Of a stretch of DNA of 64,000 nucleotides, positions 1 through 13,617 are shown piece after piece (within the stretch, counting starts at the first letter, position 1; each line of letters opens with the position of its first letter). The DNA is from the human T2T-CHM13v2.0 reference genome, Homo sapiens, in assembly GCF_009914755.1 (NCBI RefSeq), contig NC_060928.1. One strand, written 5' to 3'. The position numbers and the translations under genes were made by a program. The notes beneath the pieces are model-generated. The model saw nothing but the letters and a program-made list of their open reading frames with translations. It searched no databases and had not been told where the DNA came from.

Positions 1-962
1 AGCGCTTCCTTCAGGAGCTCTTTTAGGGCAGGCCTGGTGGTGACAAAATCTGTCAGCATTTGCTTGTCTGTAAAGTATTTTATTTCTCCTTCACTTATGA
101 AGCTCAGTTTGGCCTGATATGAAATTCTGGGTTGAAAATTCTTTTCTTTAAGAATGTTGAATATTAGCCCCCACTCTCTTCTGGCTTGTAGGGTTTCTGC
201 CGAGAGATCCGCTGTTAGTCTGATGGGCTTCCCTTTGAGGGTAACCCGACCTTTCTCTCTGGCTGCCCTTAACATTTTTTCCTTCATTTCAACTTTGGTG
301 AATCTGACAATTATGTGTCTTGGAGTTGCTCTTCTCGAGGAGTATCTTTGTGGCGTTCTCTGTATTTCCTGAATCTGAACGTTGGCCTGCCTTGCTAGAT
401 TGGGGAAGTTCTCCTGGATAATATCCTGCAGAGTGTTTTCCAACTTGGTTCCATTCTCCTCATCACTTTCAGGTACACCAATCAGACCTAGATTTGGTCT
501 TTTCATATAGTCCCATATTTCTTGGAGGCTTTGCTCATTTCTTTTTATTCTTTTTTCTCTAAACTTCCCTTCTCGCTTCATTTCATTCATTTCATCTTCC
601 ATCACTGATACCCTTTCTTCCAGTTGATCGCATCGGCTCCTGAGGCTTCTGCATTCCTCACATAGTTCTCGAGCCTTGGTTTTCAGCTCCATCAGCTCCT
701 TTAAGCACTTCTCTGTATTGGTTATTCTAGTTATACATTCTTCTAAATTTTTTTCAAAGTTTTTAACTTCTTTGCCTTTGGTTTGAATGTCCTCCCGTAG
801 CTCAGAGTAATTTGATCATCTGAAGCCTTCTTCTCTCAGCTCGTCAAAGTCATTCTCCATCCAGCTTTGTTCTGTTGCTGGTGAGGAACTGTGTTCCTTT
901 GGAGGAGGAGAGATGCTCTGCGTTTTAGAGTTTCCAGTTTTTCTGTTCTGTTTTTTCCCCAT
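1..962 (-). pseudogene. L1 ORF1p, disrupted
   Basis: Manual translation gives MGKKQNRKTGNSKTQSISPPPKEHSSSPATEQSWMENDFDELREEGFR*, with TGA at codon 49 (816-818; CGA>TGA CpG decay). Homology continues downstream (KGKEVKNFEKNLEECITRI...). Confidence 0.9.
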
Positions 963-1417
963 CTTTGTGGTTTTATCTACTTTTGGTCTTTGATGATAGT
1001 GATGTACAGATGGGTTTTCAGTGTGGATGTCCTTTCTGTTTGTTAGTTTTCCTTCTAACAGACAGGACCCTCAGCTGCAGGTCTGTTGGAATACCCTGCT
1101 GTGTGAGGTGGCAGTGTGCCCCTGCTGGGGGATGCCTCCCAGTTAGACTTCTCGGGGGTCAGGGGTCAGGGACCCACTTGAGGAGGCAGTCTGCCCATTC
1201 TCAGATCTCCAGCTGCGTGCTGGGAGAACCACTGCTCTCTTCAAAGCTGTCAGACAGGGGCATTTAAGTCTGCAGAGGTTACTGCTGTCTTTTTGTTTGT
1301 CTGTGCCCTGCCCCCAGAGGTGGGGCCTACAGTGGCAGGCAGGCCTCCTTGAGCTGTGGTGGGCTCCACCCAGTTCGAGTTTCCAGGCTGCTTTGTTTAC
1401 CTAAGCAAGCCTGGGCA

Positions 1418-1633
1418 ATGGCGGGCGCCCCTCCCCCAGCCCTCCTGGGGCCTTGCAGTTTGATCTCAGACTGCTGTGCTAGCAATCAGCGAGATTCCGT
1501 GGGCGTAGGACCCTCCGAGCCAGGTGTGGGATATAGTCTCGTGGTGCGCTGCTTTTTAAGCCGGTCTGAAAAGTGCAATATTCGGGTGGGAGTGACCCGA
1601 TTTTCCAGGTGCGTCTGTCACCCGTTTCTTTGA
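1418..1633 (+). CDS. LINE-1 ORF0 (71 aa, antisense 5'UTR ORF), full length
   Basis: GCAATGG start; MAGAPPPALLGPCSLISDCCASNQRDSVGVGPSEPGVGYSLVVRCFLSRSEKCNIRVGVTRFSRCVCHPFL* matches primate L1 ORF0 in length and sequence. Expression not shown. Confidence 0.8.
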   Translation: MAGAPPPALLGPCSLISDCCASNQRDSVGVGPSEPGVGYSLVVRCFLSRSEKCNIRVGVTRFSRCVCHPFL

Positions 1634-3437
1634 CTCGGAAAGGGAACTCCCTGACCCCTTGTGCTTCCCAGGTGAGGCAATGCCTCGCCCTGCTTCGGCT
1701 CGCGCACGGTGCGCGCACCCACTGGCCTGCGCCCACTGTCTGGCACTCCCTAGTGAGATGCACCCGGTACCTCAGATGGAAATGCAGAAATCACCCATCT
1801 TCTGCGTCGCTCACGCTGGGAGCTGTAGACCGGAGCTGTTCCTATTCAGCCATCTTGGCTCCTCCCCATGATTTTTCTTTATAATAACAATTAACCTAAC
1901 ATAAACGAAGACTGGAACTCCTATCTCCTGTTTCCATGTTCAGTGCTTGTTTCAAGTATTCCAGTAAGAAAAAGTAAATTTGGAATTGATATGGTAAAAA
2001 ATTGTTTTAATTTGGCCATAAAGTTAATGGTGTGTTTTGTCACAAGCAACTCCCTTAAAGAATGTTTCTGAAGCCCCTTCCTTAGTCTATCAGGCCAACA
2101 TATTCCTGTAAAACAATTAATTTTATCAATATTTTATATAGAAAATAAGGTGATTTTTAAATGGGAAAACAGATTTCCACAAGGATTACATTTTTAAAGT
2201 ACATAAAATATTAACTAGATTTTATGATTATGTATTAATTGTTAACATGGTAAATATGTTTTTAAAGAATGACCAAAACCATTTTTTGTAGAAGAATTTA
2301 TTTGCTTTAGAATACCCATAAATTACCATTTTTATACCACATAGAGTAAGGATTTACAGATCTTAGCCCTGTGAGGTTATCAGAAAAGCAATAAGTATAT
2401 TTTTTATATTTTTGATGTGCTGTTTCAGAAATTATCACCCTTAACATAAATTATGAAATGCATTGAATACAAATGGAAAAATGGCATTTAATAAGAATTA
2501 TTTGACAGTAAATCACCTGATATAATTCTAAATTGACTACATAAAAGTAGAGTTATATTGTAAGAAGTTCAATTTTATAAGTAGGGCATGATGTCCAGAT
2601 AATGTACAAATGTGATATTACTAAGGTATTCAATAAATAGTATTATAATAGAATAAAACAAAGTAAATATGAATAGTAAAAATGAGTATCTGAAATCCTA
2701 AGATTGAAAATTTTTCCAATTAATATTATCAATTAGCTAATAACTTATATTTCAAGCACTTCTCTTACTTTAGCTTCCTTTGTTAGGGAACTTTCTAAAA
2801 CGATAATGCCTTGAACATAATATATGAAAAGGGCAATTTTTGGGCCTCTCATTTGCACAGGCCCCTTATAAGACTAATCCTTTTCTGCGTATTGTGGGTC
2901 AAAATTATGAACAGAATTTATGCCATCCATATTTAAGCCTTCAGAACTTACTAAGTGGAATCATAAGGAACTATTTAATGGCCTCATCCAATTGTTTCCT
3001 TTGAATGACTATATCTTCTGTTTATGTTTTCTTCTATCATTGATTGCTTTTTGTTACTATGAATGTGATTTCCAGAGCCAACACCTCATAGTTTCTGACT
3101 TGCTTTGTACTCTGCTCTAGGCCTTATATCCAATACTTTGTGCAAAAATTTTCTGACCTCTCTTTGCAATTTAAAGAACATCAGTGTTTATCTCTAAATT
3201 ATTAGCTATGTTCTTAAAGACAATATTGCCTAATAGCAATGTCGTTATAGAATAGTTCCAGGAGAGGCTTTTATCATGCACGCCAAACAGCTGTTTAGGC
3301 ACAATGTTGAGTAGGCTTGTGTGGCTTTATATTAGCTTCGTAGGAAAGAATTTTGTGATCAGTTAGTAATGTCTGCAACAGATGCACAATAAGGAAATTG
3401 AAGCACATATGCCATGTGTTAAGCATCATTATATTAA

Positions 3438-3616
3438 ACTGTGGTTCCCAAACTTGAATATTCGTAACGCAGGGAACTTACAAAAATACATATCCCTCCT
3501 CCCTACTCATTGATCTACAAGATTCTGAGTCCACAGGTCTGGGCTGATATCATAAAAAACACCAGTGGTAATTGTAATCAAGGATGGGATTATATTTTGA
3601 GAAATACTAATGTAGA
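3438..3616. mobile_element. Degenerate MER5-like hAT-Charlie element
   Basis: Ends CTGTGGTTCCCAAACTT...TTTGAGAAATACT and internal AGATTCTGAGTCCACAGGTCTGGG resemble MER5A/B. Confidence 0.5.
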
Positions 3617-4039
3617 ATATACTAAAAAGTCTCTTGTGAGTTACTAAGTCCAAATGTAAGAGTAAAATACTAACATGTTTCAGTTTTATGACACAAATTA
3701 GAATAGGATCAAATTCACCAAAAGATTATTCCACACCTGTTTGTTAACTTGGGGGTCATTCACCTGAGAATACTCAGAGAAAGAAAAGTGCTCATCTTTA
3801 TTTCTTTGCCCCATGTAATTTTCCTGCAAAGGCCATGGGAAATTACAGTAAGTGGCACATGCAGTCTCCTAGTAGAGGGAGAAGAATTCTGCCCCTCATC
3901 ATCTGTGGGAGAACTGAAATTGTATGCTGCTATTACCTGGGGAGTAGTACCCATGGAAAGTACTAATTATAGTTCTTTGTGATTAAATTTGTTGTTAAAA
4001 GAATTTTTTTCTAAAAACAAGTATAAGGAAATACATATG

Positions 4040-4078
<39 letters not shown>
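4040..4078. repeat. (TA)n(CA)n microsatellite
   Basis: Directly visible. Confidence 0.95.
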
Positions 4079-4081
<3 letters not shown>

Positions 4082-4155
4082 TATGATAGAGTTCTGAATC
4101 TAGATTTTCATGGTTATGTTTCTAATTGTTTTGTTTCTTTAAAAATGTTTTTAGG

Positions 4156-4471
<316 letters not shown>

Positions 4472-5599
4472 TTAGGGTATTTTTTATTTGAAAATGTTCT
4501 TTTCCTCTCAAAAGTCCTTGTCAGATTCTGGTAACAGGAAATATGAATAAGTGACTTAATAAACAATTGTAACTAACATCTGTTTTAATTATAAATGAGC
4601 ATAGGAAGAGGAATTATAAGCCAAAACACATCCAAAATATGAAGCTGGCAAATTAAGTAAAAGGCTATTTGTACACTGACACTAGCACATTGCTAGTGTT
4701 ATAATAAGGGACATGGAATATCCAAAGGCTGTTTGAAGCATGCTATAAATCTATTCACTATTATAATCTATCTTTACTTACAAATAAAAAAATGGAGAGA
4801 CATGTAACATATATATTAATATGTGTAGCAATGGCAGAATTTTCATTAAGCTGTTGAAGGTTAATCTTTGGGGTGTTCCATTTGCACAGGCCTCTTACAA
4901 GACTAATTTTTTACTGGTAATTTTATTTTTTGTAAATAGCACCCACCTTCAGTTGTATGATATTCTGACCTCAAAAATGCTGGATTTGATTCTCTCAGCC
5001 TGTGATAGTATTTTGAAAATGAGAAGAGGCCTTGGAGATCATGTAATTTGGCATCTCTATTTTAAAGCTGAAAAATATTAAAGTCCTTTTCAATTTGGTA
5101 AATAATTATAAACAAAGAAGCTGATACAAACAGCCTACACGAACAGAAATATAGAATCTACTTAAGAGAAATTTAAGGACACTGTACTCTGTTCTGTAAG
5201 ACCAAATCGGGAAAGATACTTTCACTTCTGTATATAACACTACATACAATGGAAGTTAAGAAGAGGCAATCAAGCTTATATGAGGTAAGAAAACCTGCCA
5301 CTTAAAGCATAGCTGAAAAAACTTTTGATATTTAAATTTAAAAAGGAAGATAGAAGTAATCCCTGCCCCCATGCTAGCATTTTGGTCTTTTGGTCTCTCT
5401 TACTCTGCAGCTATTATCACCTTCTTCTAGTATTCTGCACCTTTTAATGTAAGTATCATGGTAATAAGAATTTTTATCTGTTTTGTTTACTAATATATCT
5501 CTGGAGACAAAAAGTACCCAGTACATAGTAGGTACTCAAAAATATTTATGTTATAAATGAATGTCTATTTTATGTCCAGAGTTTTGTACACACATAATA

Positions 5600-7810
5600 T
5601 AAAGAATGAAAAAAATAAAATATTCGAAGAAACGACAGCTGAGAAATTCCAGTAATTGAATAAAGGTTGGAATCTAGGAAACAATGACTCTCAAGGAAGA
5701 TAAATAAAAAGAAATCCATGCCTAGTCTCGTAGTAGAGAAACAGCAGATAATCAAAGACCAAAAAAAAAAATCCCAAATGAAGGAAAAGAGCAGATTATC
5801 TCCTAAAATGACTATTACACTGACAACTCTTTATTTACCAGCAATACTGTAAACAAAAAGCAAGTAGAATAATATCTTTAAGATGCCAAAAATAAAATAA
5901 ATTTCAATGTAAAATTCTATATCTAACTAAACTATATTTCAGGTAAGGGAACCTCAATTAAAAATAAGAGTTTTATTATCAAGGACTCCACTAAAGATAC
6001 TTCCAAAATACGTACTTCGGGAGAAAAAAATAATAATCTCAAAATAAAAGGTCAAAATGTAAGAAGTAGTGGTAAGCCAAACAAATGGCAATCATAAGGG
6101 TGAATCTAAACAAACTACCTTTATGCAAAAAAATCATAATATTGTCAATTTATGAGCCTAAAAAGAAAACTAAAATACTGAACATCGATAGCATATTTAA
6201 GTCAGGACAACAACTATCTAAATGAACATGTGCCAAGATCCTTTTATGTTGAGAAGAAAGATTAAAAGAATCATCTTAATTAAAATAGCATTGTATACAA
6301 AATTGAGCTTTAAATACGACTCCAAAATAAATACCAATAGGGATCTTTTTTTAAAGTTAGTAAGCCAATTCTAAAATCTTAATAGAAGAGCAATGGTGCA
6401 TTAAGAGTCAAGATAATTCTGAAGATGACAAAAATGAAAGGTATTTACCTTACCTAATATAAGTGCAGAGCATACATTTATATTCATTAAGAAAGGGTGT
6501 TCATGGTGCAGAGATAGACAAACAAACCAGTGGAACAGAATATACAGCCCAGGACTTAACATCCCCCTGCAAATATGTGGAAACTTATTAGAGAGACAGA
6601 ATTATAGATCTGTGAAGAAAGAGTAAGTTAGTCAATAAATGAAACTGGAATAAAGTAGGTCCTTCTTTCACACATACACAAAAAAATCAATTCCATGTGG
6701 ACTAATGGTTTAAATGTAAGAGACTAAACTTTAAAATATTTCCAGTAAAGTTATAGCACAATATAATGTTATAAAAGGATTCTTAAGACATAAAACATAT
6801 AAATTATAGGAAAAGACAGATTGCCAACTTCTAAAACTATTATAAAATAAAATGGGAAAATAATCCAAATACAAGAAGATATTTGCAACACATAAAACTC
6901 ACAAAAATTAGGTGCCAAATTATATAAGGAATGTCTACTAATCAACAGAAAAAAAAAGCACAATAGAAAAAAATGTGTTCATTCTTTGTTTATAAAAAAG
7001 ATATTTTACCAAGGGAAAATAATAGTGGCCAATGAACACAGGAAAAGATCCTTAGCCTCCCTTGTAGACAAGGAAATGTAAATTAAACCTCCAGTGAAAT
7101 AGTATTTTATATCCAAGGGATTGGTAACAAATTTAAAAATAAATATGACAATGGCAAAAGTTGATGAGGATGTGGAGCAGACAGCTACATACTACTCTAG
7201 AAATCAATTTGATGTTACACAGCAAAGTTTAAAATGTGTATGCCTATGACCCCTGGCATTGTTATTAAGAAAACCTTGCACATGTGCTCTTATAAGCATA
7301 TATTTATAGTACCATGGTTTATAAAAGAAAAAAAAAAACAGTAAAATCCGTATATATTCCAAAGTCTACTTATAGGATAATGGGTTAGTTATAGATACTC
7401 ATAGACTGAAATACTATTCAGCAATGAAAATGAGTTAACTATGTCCAGTCCATGAACAGGAATAAATCTAAAAAATATAATGTTAATTTTTTAAAAAGTG
7501 AGTCACAAGATAACGATGACAGTATGGTATGTAAAATAAATAAAACTAAACCATAGATTGCTTAAGGATAAATATGCAGGTAGTAAAAACATAAGGAAAG
7601 TCACAGAGATAGTAAAAAGAAATATTTAGAACTGTGGCTAACTCTGTGTGGAAAAGGAAGGTTGTGGTAGGTGGAGCACATAAAAATATTTGAAAGTATT
7701 GGTAATGGTCTATTTTTTAACCTGAGTGGTAGCATATGTGTGTCTATTTATTAATCTTCTTCAAAAGCTATGCATTTCATATTAACTCACTTGTTTAATA
7801 TAAAATATTT
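5600..7810 (+). mobile_element. Ancient, fragmented L1M-type LINE remnants
   Basis: A-rich strand bias and degenerate L1 motifs (AGACAAACAAACCAGTGGAACAGAATA, ATGTGGAGCA, TACTATTCAGCAATGAAAATGA). Boundaries approximate. Confidence 0.65.
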
Positions 7811-7953
7811 TATAATTTCTTAAGTAAAAATGTCAGCTATGATAAAATTCATTACATCTCCCCCTCCTTCCAAATTATCCCAACAGTTAAATGTTGATTC
7901 ATTTGTAGAGCATTAAAAACACATTTGATTGAATAAAATTCAATTAACATATA

Positions 7954-8453
7954 TGTAGGAGTTCAGTCAGGGTGGCGGGAAAAGTTGTAAGAAAAAGTTA
8001 TAGGGAAAGACTCAAACCTTCTTGGAAGGCCAGGAGGTTTTGCAAAAGCTTCGAAGGAGAAATGGCTGAAGGCAGCCAAATTCTGTTATCCAGAACCTGA
8101 AGGCAAAGGGTAGATAACAAGGGAATGTAAAGGAACTTATCTAGATAAGTTGGTTTACTTATGTCTCCAGAAACCAACCTTTGATCATTCCTGCACAGGA
8201 CTGCTCTCTACTCAGGGGGTTGGCAAAGTTAATTACCCACAAATTGTGTTTGCTCCAATCCTTTGTCATTAAATCTGTACTAAATAAATGCAAGTGTCAC
8301 AGGCTTATGGGGGCTGCACTCTGGGTTGCACTGCACTTTCATTGGCAGTGCTAAGGGGTGCAGTCCATCTAGCCATGCTGTCAGGCAAAATACCTGTGTC
8401 AGAGTACTTTTGTCATCCATCACTCAGCCAGAGTCTGCGGGACAGACTTGGCA
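7954..8453 (+). mobile_element. Solo LTR, LTR22-like (HERV-K HML-5 family)
   Basis: 500 bp with TG...CA termini (TGTAGGAGTTCAGTCAGGGTGG...GACAGACTTGGCA), perfect 6-bp TSD CATATA (7948-7953, 8454-8459) and internal AATAAA near 8283. Confidence 0.8.
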
Positions 8454-8581
8454 CATATACTTAAAATACCTACTAAAAACAATGTGTTAAACCTTTTTAG
8501 GCCCAAAAGATAAAAGATATAATATCTTTTTAACATTTTAAGTTTTGTTCTTGAGTTAGTTCATATATTAAGAAGACGTGT

Positions 8582-11500
8582 CTGGGGAGGCAGAGCAGGA
8601 TGGCAAAATAGAAGGCTCCACCAATCATCCCCCCTGAAAGGACCCCAATTTAACAACTACCTACACCAAAAAGCACCTTCATAAGGACCAAAAATCAGAT
8701 GACCACTCACAGTATCTGGTTTTAATTCCACATTGCTGAAAGAAGCACTGAAGAGGCAGGAGAAACTGTCTTTAATTGCCAGCGCCACCCCTTCCCCATC
8801 CTCCAGCAACAATTCCGTGTGCTGGGGAGAGGGAGAGCATAGCATTTGTGAGGAAATGAACTCAGTGCTGCCCTTGTTATAGCAGAAAGTAAAAACAAAC
8901 CAAATTCAGCTGACACCTGCCCACGGAAGGAGCATTTAAACCAGCCCTGGCCAGAGGGGAATCGCCAATCCCAGCAGTCAGAACTTGAGATCCCACAAGC
9001 CTTACCACTGCAGGCTAAACTGCTCTGAGGCTGAGAATAAACTTGAAAGGCAGGTCACTGCCTTTCTAGGTCACTAGGACTGCAACTCCTAGGAAAGTCC
9101 TAGTCCTGAACTGGGCCCAGAGTCAATGGACTTTTGGGGCATGTGACCTACTGAGATACCAGCCAGGGCAGCTAAGGGGGTGCTGGCATCACCCCTCCTC
9201 TACCCCCATGGTGCATAGCTCATGGCTCCAAAAGAGACCTCTTCCATCCACATGAGGAGAGGAAAGGAAAGAGTGAAAAGAACTTTGTCTTGCATTTTGG
9301 ATATCAGCTCAACCACAGTAGGCTAGGGCACCAGTCAGAGTTGTGAGGCCTCCCTTCCAGGCCCCAGTTCCCAGATGATATTTCTAGACACACCCTGGGA
9401 CAGAAGGGAACCCATGGCCTTAAACAGAAAGACCCAGTCATATCAGGATTCATCACCTGCTAACTGAAGAGTCCTTGGTCCCTGAATAACCAGCAGCATA
9501 CCCAGGTACTATGCTGAGGGCCTTGGGTGAAACTCTGAGACTTGCTGGCCTCAGGTGAGACTCAGCACATTCCCAGTTGTGGTGACTATGGGGCGAGACA
9601 AAAAAGCAGAGGGAAAGTAAAGGGGACTTTGTCTTGTACCTTAGGTACCAGCTTGGCCACAGTGTGGGTAGAGTGCCAAGCAGGCTCTTGAGTTACCAAT
9701 TTCAAGATTTGGCTCTTGGACCGCCTTTCTGGGCCACTCAACTTGGAAAAGAAGAAGTCAAGTAACTCTTGTTTGCAGATGATATGATGTTATGCTTGCA
9801 AAAGCAAAGACTCCATCAAAAAACTATTCAAATTGATAAATTCAGTAAAGTTGCAGGATTCAAAATCAACATACAAAAATCAGTAGCATTTCTATATGAC
9901 AGCAGTGAACAATCTGAAGAAGAAATCAAAAGTGTAATCCCATTTATAATATCTACAAATAAAATAAAATACCTAAGAAGTAACTTAAGCAAACAAGTGA
10001 AAGATCTCTACAATAAAAACTATAAAACACTGATAAAAAAATTGAATAGGAAACAAAAAATTGAAAGATATTACATATTCATTGATTGGAAAAACCAATA
10101 TTGTTAAAATGTCCATACTACCCAAAGCAATCTACAGATTCAATGCAGTCCCTATCAAAATACGAATGGTGTTCTTCACAGATAGAAAACACAATCCTGA
10201 AGTTTATATGGAACCACAAAAGACCCAGAACAGCCAAAGCTATCCTAAGCAAAAAGAACAAAATTGGAGGAAATCACATTACCTGACTTCAAATTATACT
10301 ACAGAACTATAGTAACCAAACAGCATGATACTGGCATAAAAACAGACACATAGATCAATAGAACAGAAGATAGAACCCAGAAACAAATCCACACACCTAC
10401 AGTGAACTCATTTTCAACAAAGGTGCCAAGAACATACACTGGGGAAAAGACAGTCCCTTCAATAAATGGTGTGGAAAAACTGGATATCCACATGCAGAAG
10501 AATAAAACTAGATCCCTATCTCTCACCATATACAAAGATCCAATCAAGATGAATTAAAGACATAAATATAAGGCTTCAAATTATCAATCTTCTTTAAGAA
10601 ATCACTGGGGAAATTTTCTAGGACAGTGGTCAGGGCAAAAATTTATTGAGTAATACCTCCCAAACACAAGCAACCAAAGTAAAAATGGACAAATGGGATC
10701 ATATCAAGCTAAAAACTTCTGCACAGCAAAGAAAACAATCAACAAAGTGAAGAGACAACCTACAGAATGAGAGAAAATATTTGCAAACTACTCATCTGAC
10801 AAGGAATTAATAACCAGAATATATAAGGAGCTCAAACAACTCTATAGGAAAAAAATCTAATAATCCGATTAAAAATGGGCAAAAGATTTAAATAGACATC
10901 TCTCAGAAGAAGATATGCAAATAACAAACAGGCATATGAAAAAGTGCTCAACATCACTGATCATCAGAGAAATGCAAATCAAAACTACAATGAGATATCA
11001 TCTCACCCCGGTTAAAAGAGCTTATATCCAAAAACAGGCAACAACAAATGCTGGTGAAGATGTGGAGAAAAGGGAACACTTGCACATTCCTGGAAGTGTA
11101 AATTATCATAATAACTAGGAGAACAGTTCTGTGGTTCCTCAAAAAACTAAAAATAGAGCTACCATATGATCTGGCAATCCCACTGCTGGGTATATAAACA
11201 AAAGAAAGGAAATCAGTATATCGAAGAGATATCTGCACTGCCGTGTTTGTTGCAGCACTGTTGACGATAGCCAAGATTTGGAAGCAACCTAAGCATCCAT
11301 CAACAGATGAATGGATAAAGAAAATGTGGTACATTTAAAAATGTTAAGTGAAATAAGCGAGGCACAGAAAGACAAACACTGCATGTTCTCATTTACAAGT
11401 GGGAGATGAACAATGAGAACACATGGACACAGGGAGGGGAATAATACACACTGGGGCCTGTCAGGGGAGCTGGGTGGGTGGAGGGAGAGCATTAGGAAAA

Positions 11501-12013
11501 CTAGCTAATGCATGCTGGGCTTAATACCTAGGTAATGGGTGGATAGGTGCAGCAAACCACCACGGTACACGTTTACCTGTGTAACAAACCTGCATATCCT
11601 GCACATGTACCCTGGAACTTAAAATTAAAATTAATTTAAAAAATCAAAACAATTGAACTCATCGAGATAGACAGTAGAAGGATGGTTACCAGAGGCTGGA
11701 AAGGATAGCAGAGGAGGTGGTGGGTGGGGATGGTTAACGGCTAAAATAAAAAGTTAGAAAGAATTAATAAGATCTAGTATTTGGTAGCACAACAGGGTGA
11801 CTACAGTAAATAATAATTTAATTGTACATTTTAAAATAACTAAAAGAGTATAATTGAATTGTTTGTAACACAAAGGATAAATACTTGAGGGAGTGGATAT
11901 TCCATCTTCCATGATGTGATTATTATGCATTGCATGCCTGTATCAAAACATCTCATGTGCCCCATAAATATACACAGCTATTATGTACCCAGAAAAATTA
12001 AAAATTAAAAAAA
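8582..12013 (+). mobile_element. Older L1 (L1MA/L1PB-like) with a large internal deletion and an embedded L1PA-type 3' end
   Basis: L1M/PB-type 5'UTR at 8582-~9735 is joined directly to ORF2 RT sequence (FADDM motif at 9772). Degenerate ORF2 3' half follows, then an L1PA-type 3'UTR (~11400-11637), then an L1MA-type 3'UTR and A tail to 12013. Confidence 0.85.
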
Positions 12014-13617
12014 GTCATGCATAGCTCATATTCCAAGAGCTTTTAGAAATCATTGTTTTGAGAATGCTTTTATATAAATGAGGATATATTGACTAAAAAT
12101 AACATAACTCCTTATAATGTACTATATAGGTATACATTATAATATGGCATATCTCCAGCTCTATTTTAATGTCTCTATTTAATAGATTTAGGTATAATTT
12201 TATTGTATTTTCAGTAACTCATTTCTAATAACAGAATTTTTTAAATCAGTAATGTCTTATACATTAAGAGGTTAATTATTTGATATTCAGTGTTCAAAAT
12301 TTGTTTGCTTTAAGACTGATTTAAAACTTTAACCAACATGTTTGAAATCATTGAGACCACAGCCCACGATCAGAAGACATACTTTAGAAAATGATTCCTA
12401 TTTGTCCTCCAAGAAATTTACAAATATGTCCCCATACAAGAGCTCCATAAAGGACTTCATATCCAAATATCAAGGGCTTTGAACAGGATACTGCCACATT
12501 ACCCGAGCCCTAAAGCATTGTTTACAAGGAATTTTGACACCCAAGTTAAAAAATGACACACGAGCAACTTTTCCCAAGAAACTATTCTAAAAAATGTTAA
12601 ATTGTATTTGGTAATTCAGTTGTAGAAATCTGTTTTAATTTTTCTTAATAGAAACATAACAAAGATCATAAAAACACTCATTTTAATTTACAGGTGGCAA
12701 ATATTCATTTTAGTCACCAATTATTCAACCACAATGAACTTCTGGAAAAGCAAAGAGTACTAAGTTAACAAATTGAGTCTATTTTCATCAAATTATCTAA
12801 AATCAGCCAAAACTTAAAGACAATTTCATATTCATGCCCAAAGGCCAAACACAAGTTTATAATTCATTGGGAATAAAAGAAGTCCTGTTTTTTAAAATCC
12901 CTCCTGATTTTTAAGAAATCTGAAGGAATTCAGTTTTTATAAAGCCAGCTAGTTTCAAATAGCATTAATGTTGATGTGGTAAATTATAGACGTCATTTAA
13001 TAAAATGTATATTTAGAAGACAAAACAGCACTATAGACAGAAAGACTTTTTAAAATGTGTGTCAAACAGAAGATTAGAAAAAAGTTTTTAGTAAGAATAA
13101 TCAGAAGTAAAAACAGTGTAACTATTTTTAACTGAAGTATTTTAAGTCCTTTCTTCCAACAAAAATTGAGTGCCTAATACAGCCATTTCCAGAACTTTTT
13201 CTTTTAATATGTAGAGAGAATATATGTATGAAGCCATATATATATATTCATATATGTAAAACCAGATACAAATATTAATCCTCAAGTGTGTATATTACAT
13301 TATAGACATTTGATAAAAAATTATAATGTAGATATTAGAAACAACGCAAATGGCTAATCATAATATGGTATGGATGCACTATATTAGTAATTAGATTTAG
13401 TCTAATTACACATTAAAACCCCATTATTATAGGCTCAATTTTATTTTTGAAGTGTTTTATTAAAGCAGAGGTTTTACCTTTAGTAGGATGAAGACATAAA
13501 ACTTTCATAAGTGACTAAGTGTAGAGGGATATTTAACAGGACCCATGACACATCCATATACTAATCACTAATCGCACACTATTCATATCTATTTAATACT
13601 GCAGAACCTCTGGAATC

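Larger units (their letters stand above)
1..1867 (-). mobile_element. Young LINE-1 (L1PA2-like) 5' end: ~905-bp 5'UTR plus ORF1, continuing off the left edge; same orientation as MAPK10
   Basis: Minus strand begins GGGGAGGAGCCAAGATGGCTGAATAGGAACAGCTCC at 1867. ORF1 ATG at 962 (MGKKQNRKTGNSKTQ...). The UTR variant TTAAGCCGGTCTGAAAAG resembles L1HS/L1PA2. Subfamily assigned by eye. Confidence 0.95.

Noticed and set aside
154-1267. + strand ORFs of 72 and 100 aa
   Set aside because: Antisense read-throughs of L1 ORF1 and 5'UTR; a near-identical 72-aa peptide recurs in the other L1s (61611-61829, 38858-39061).
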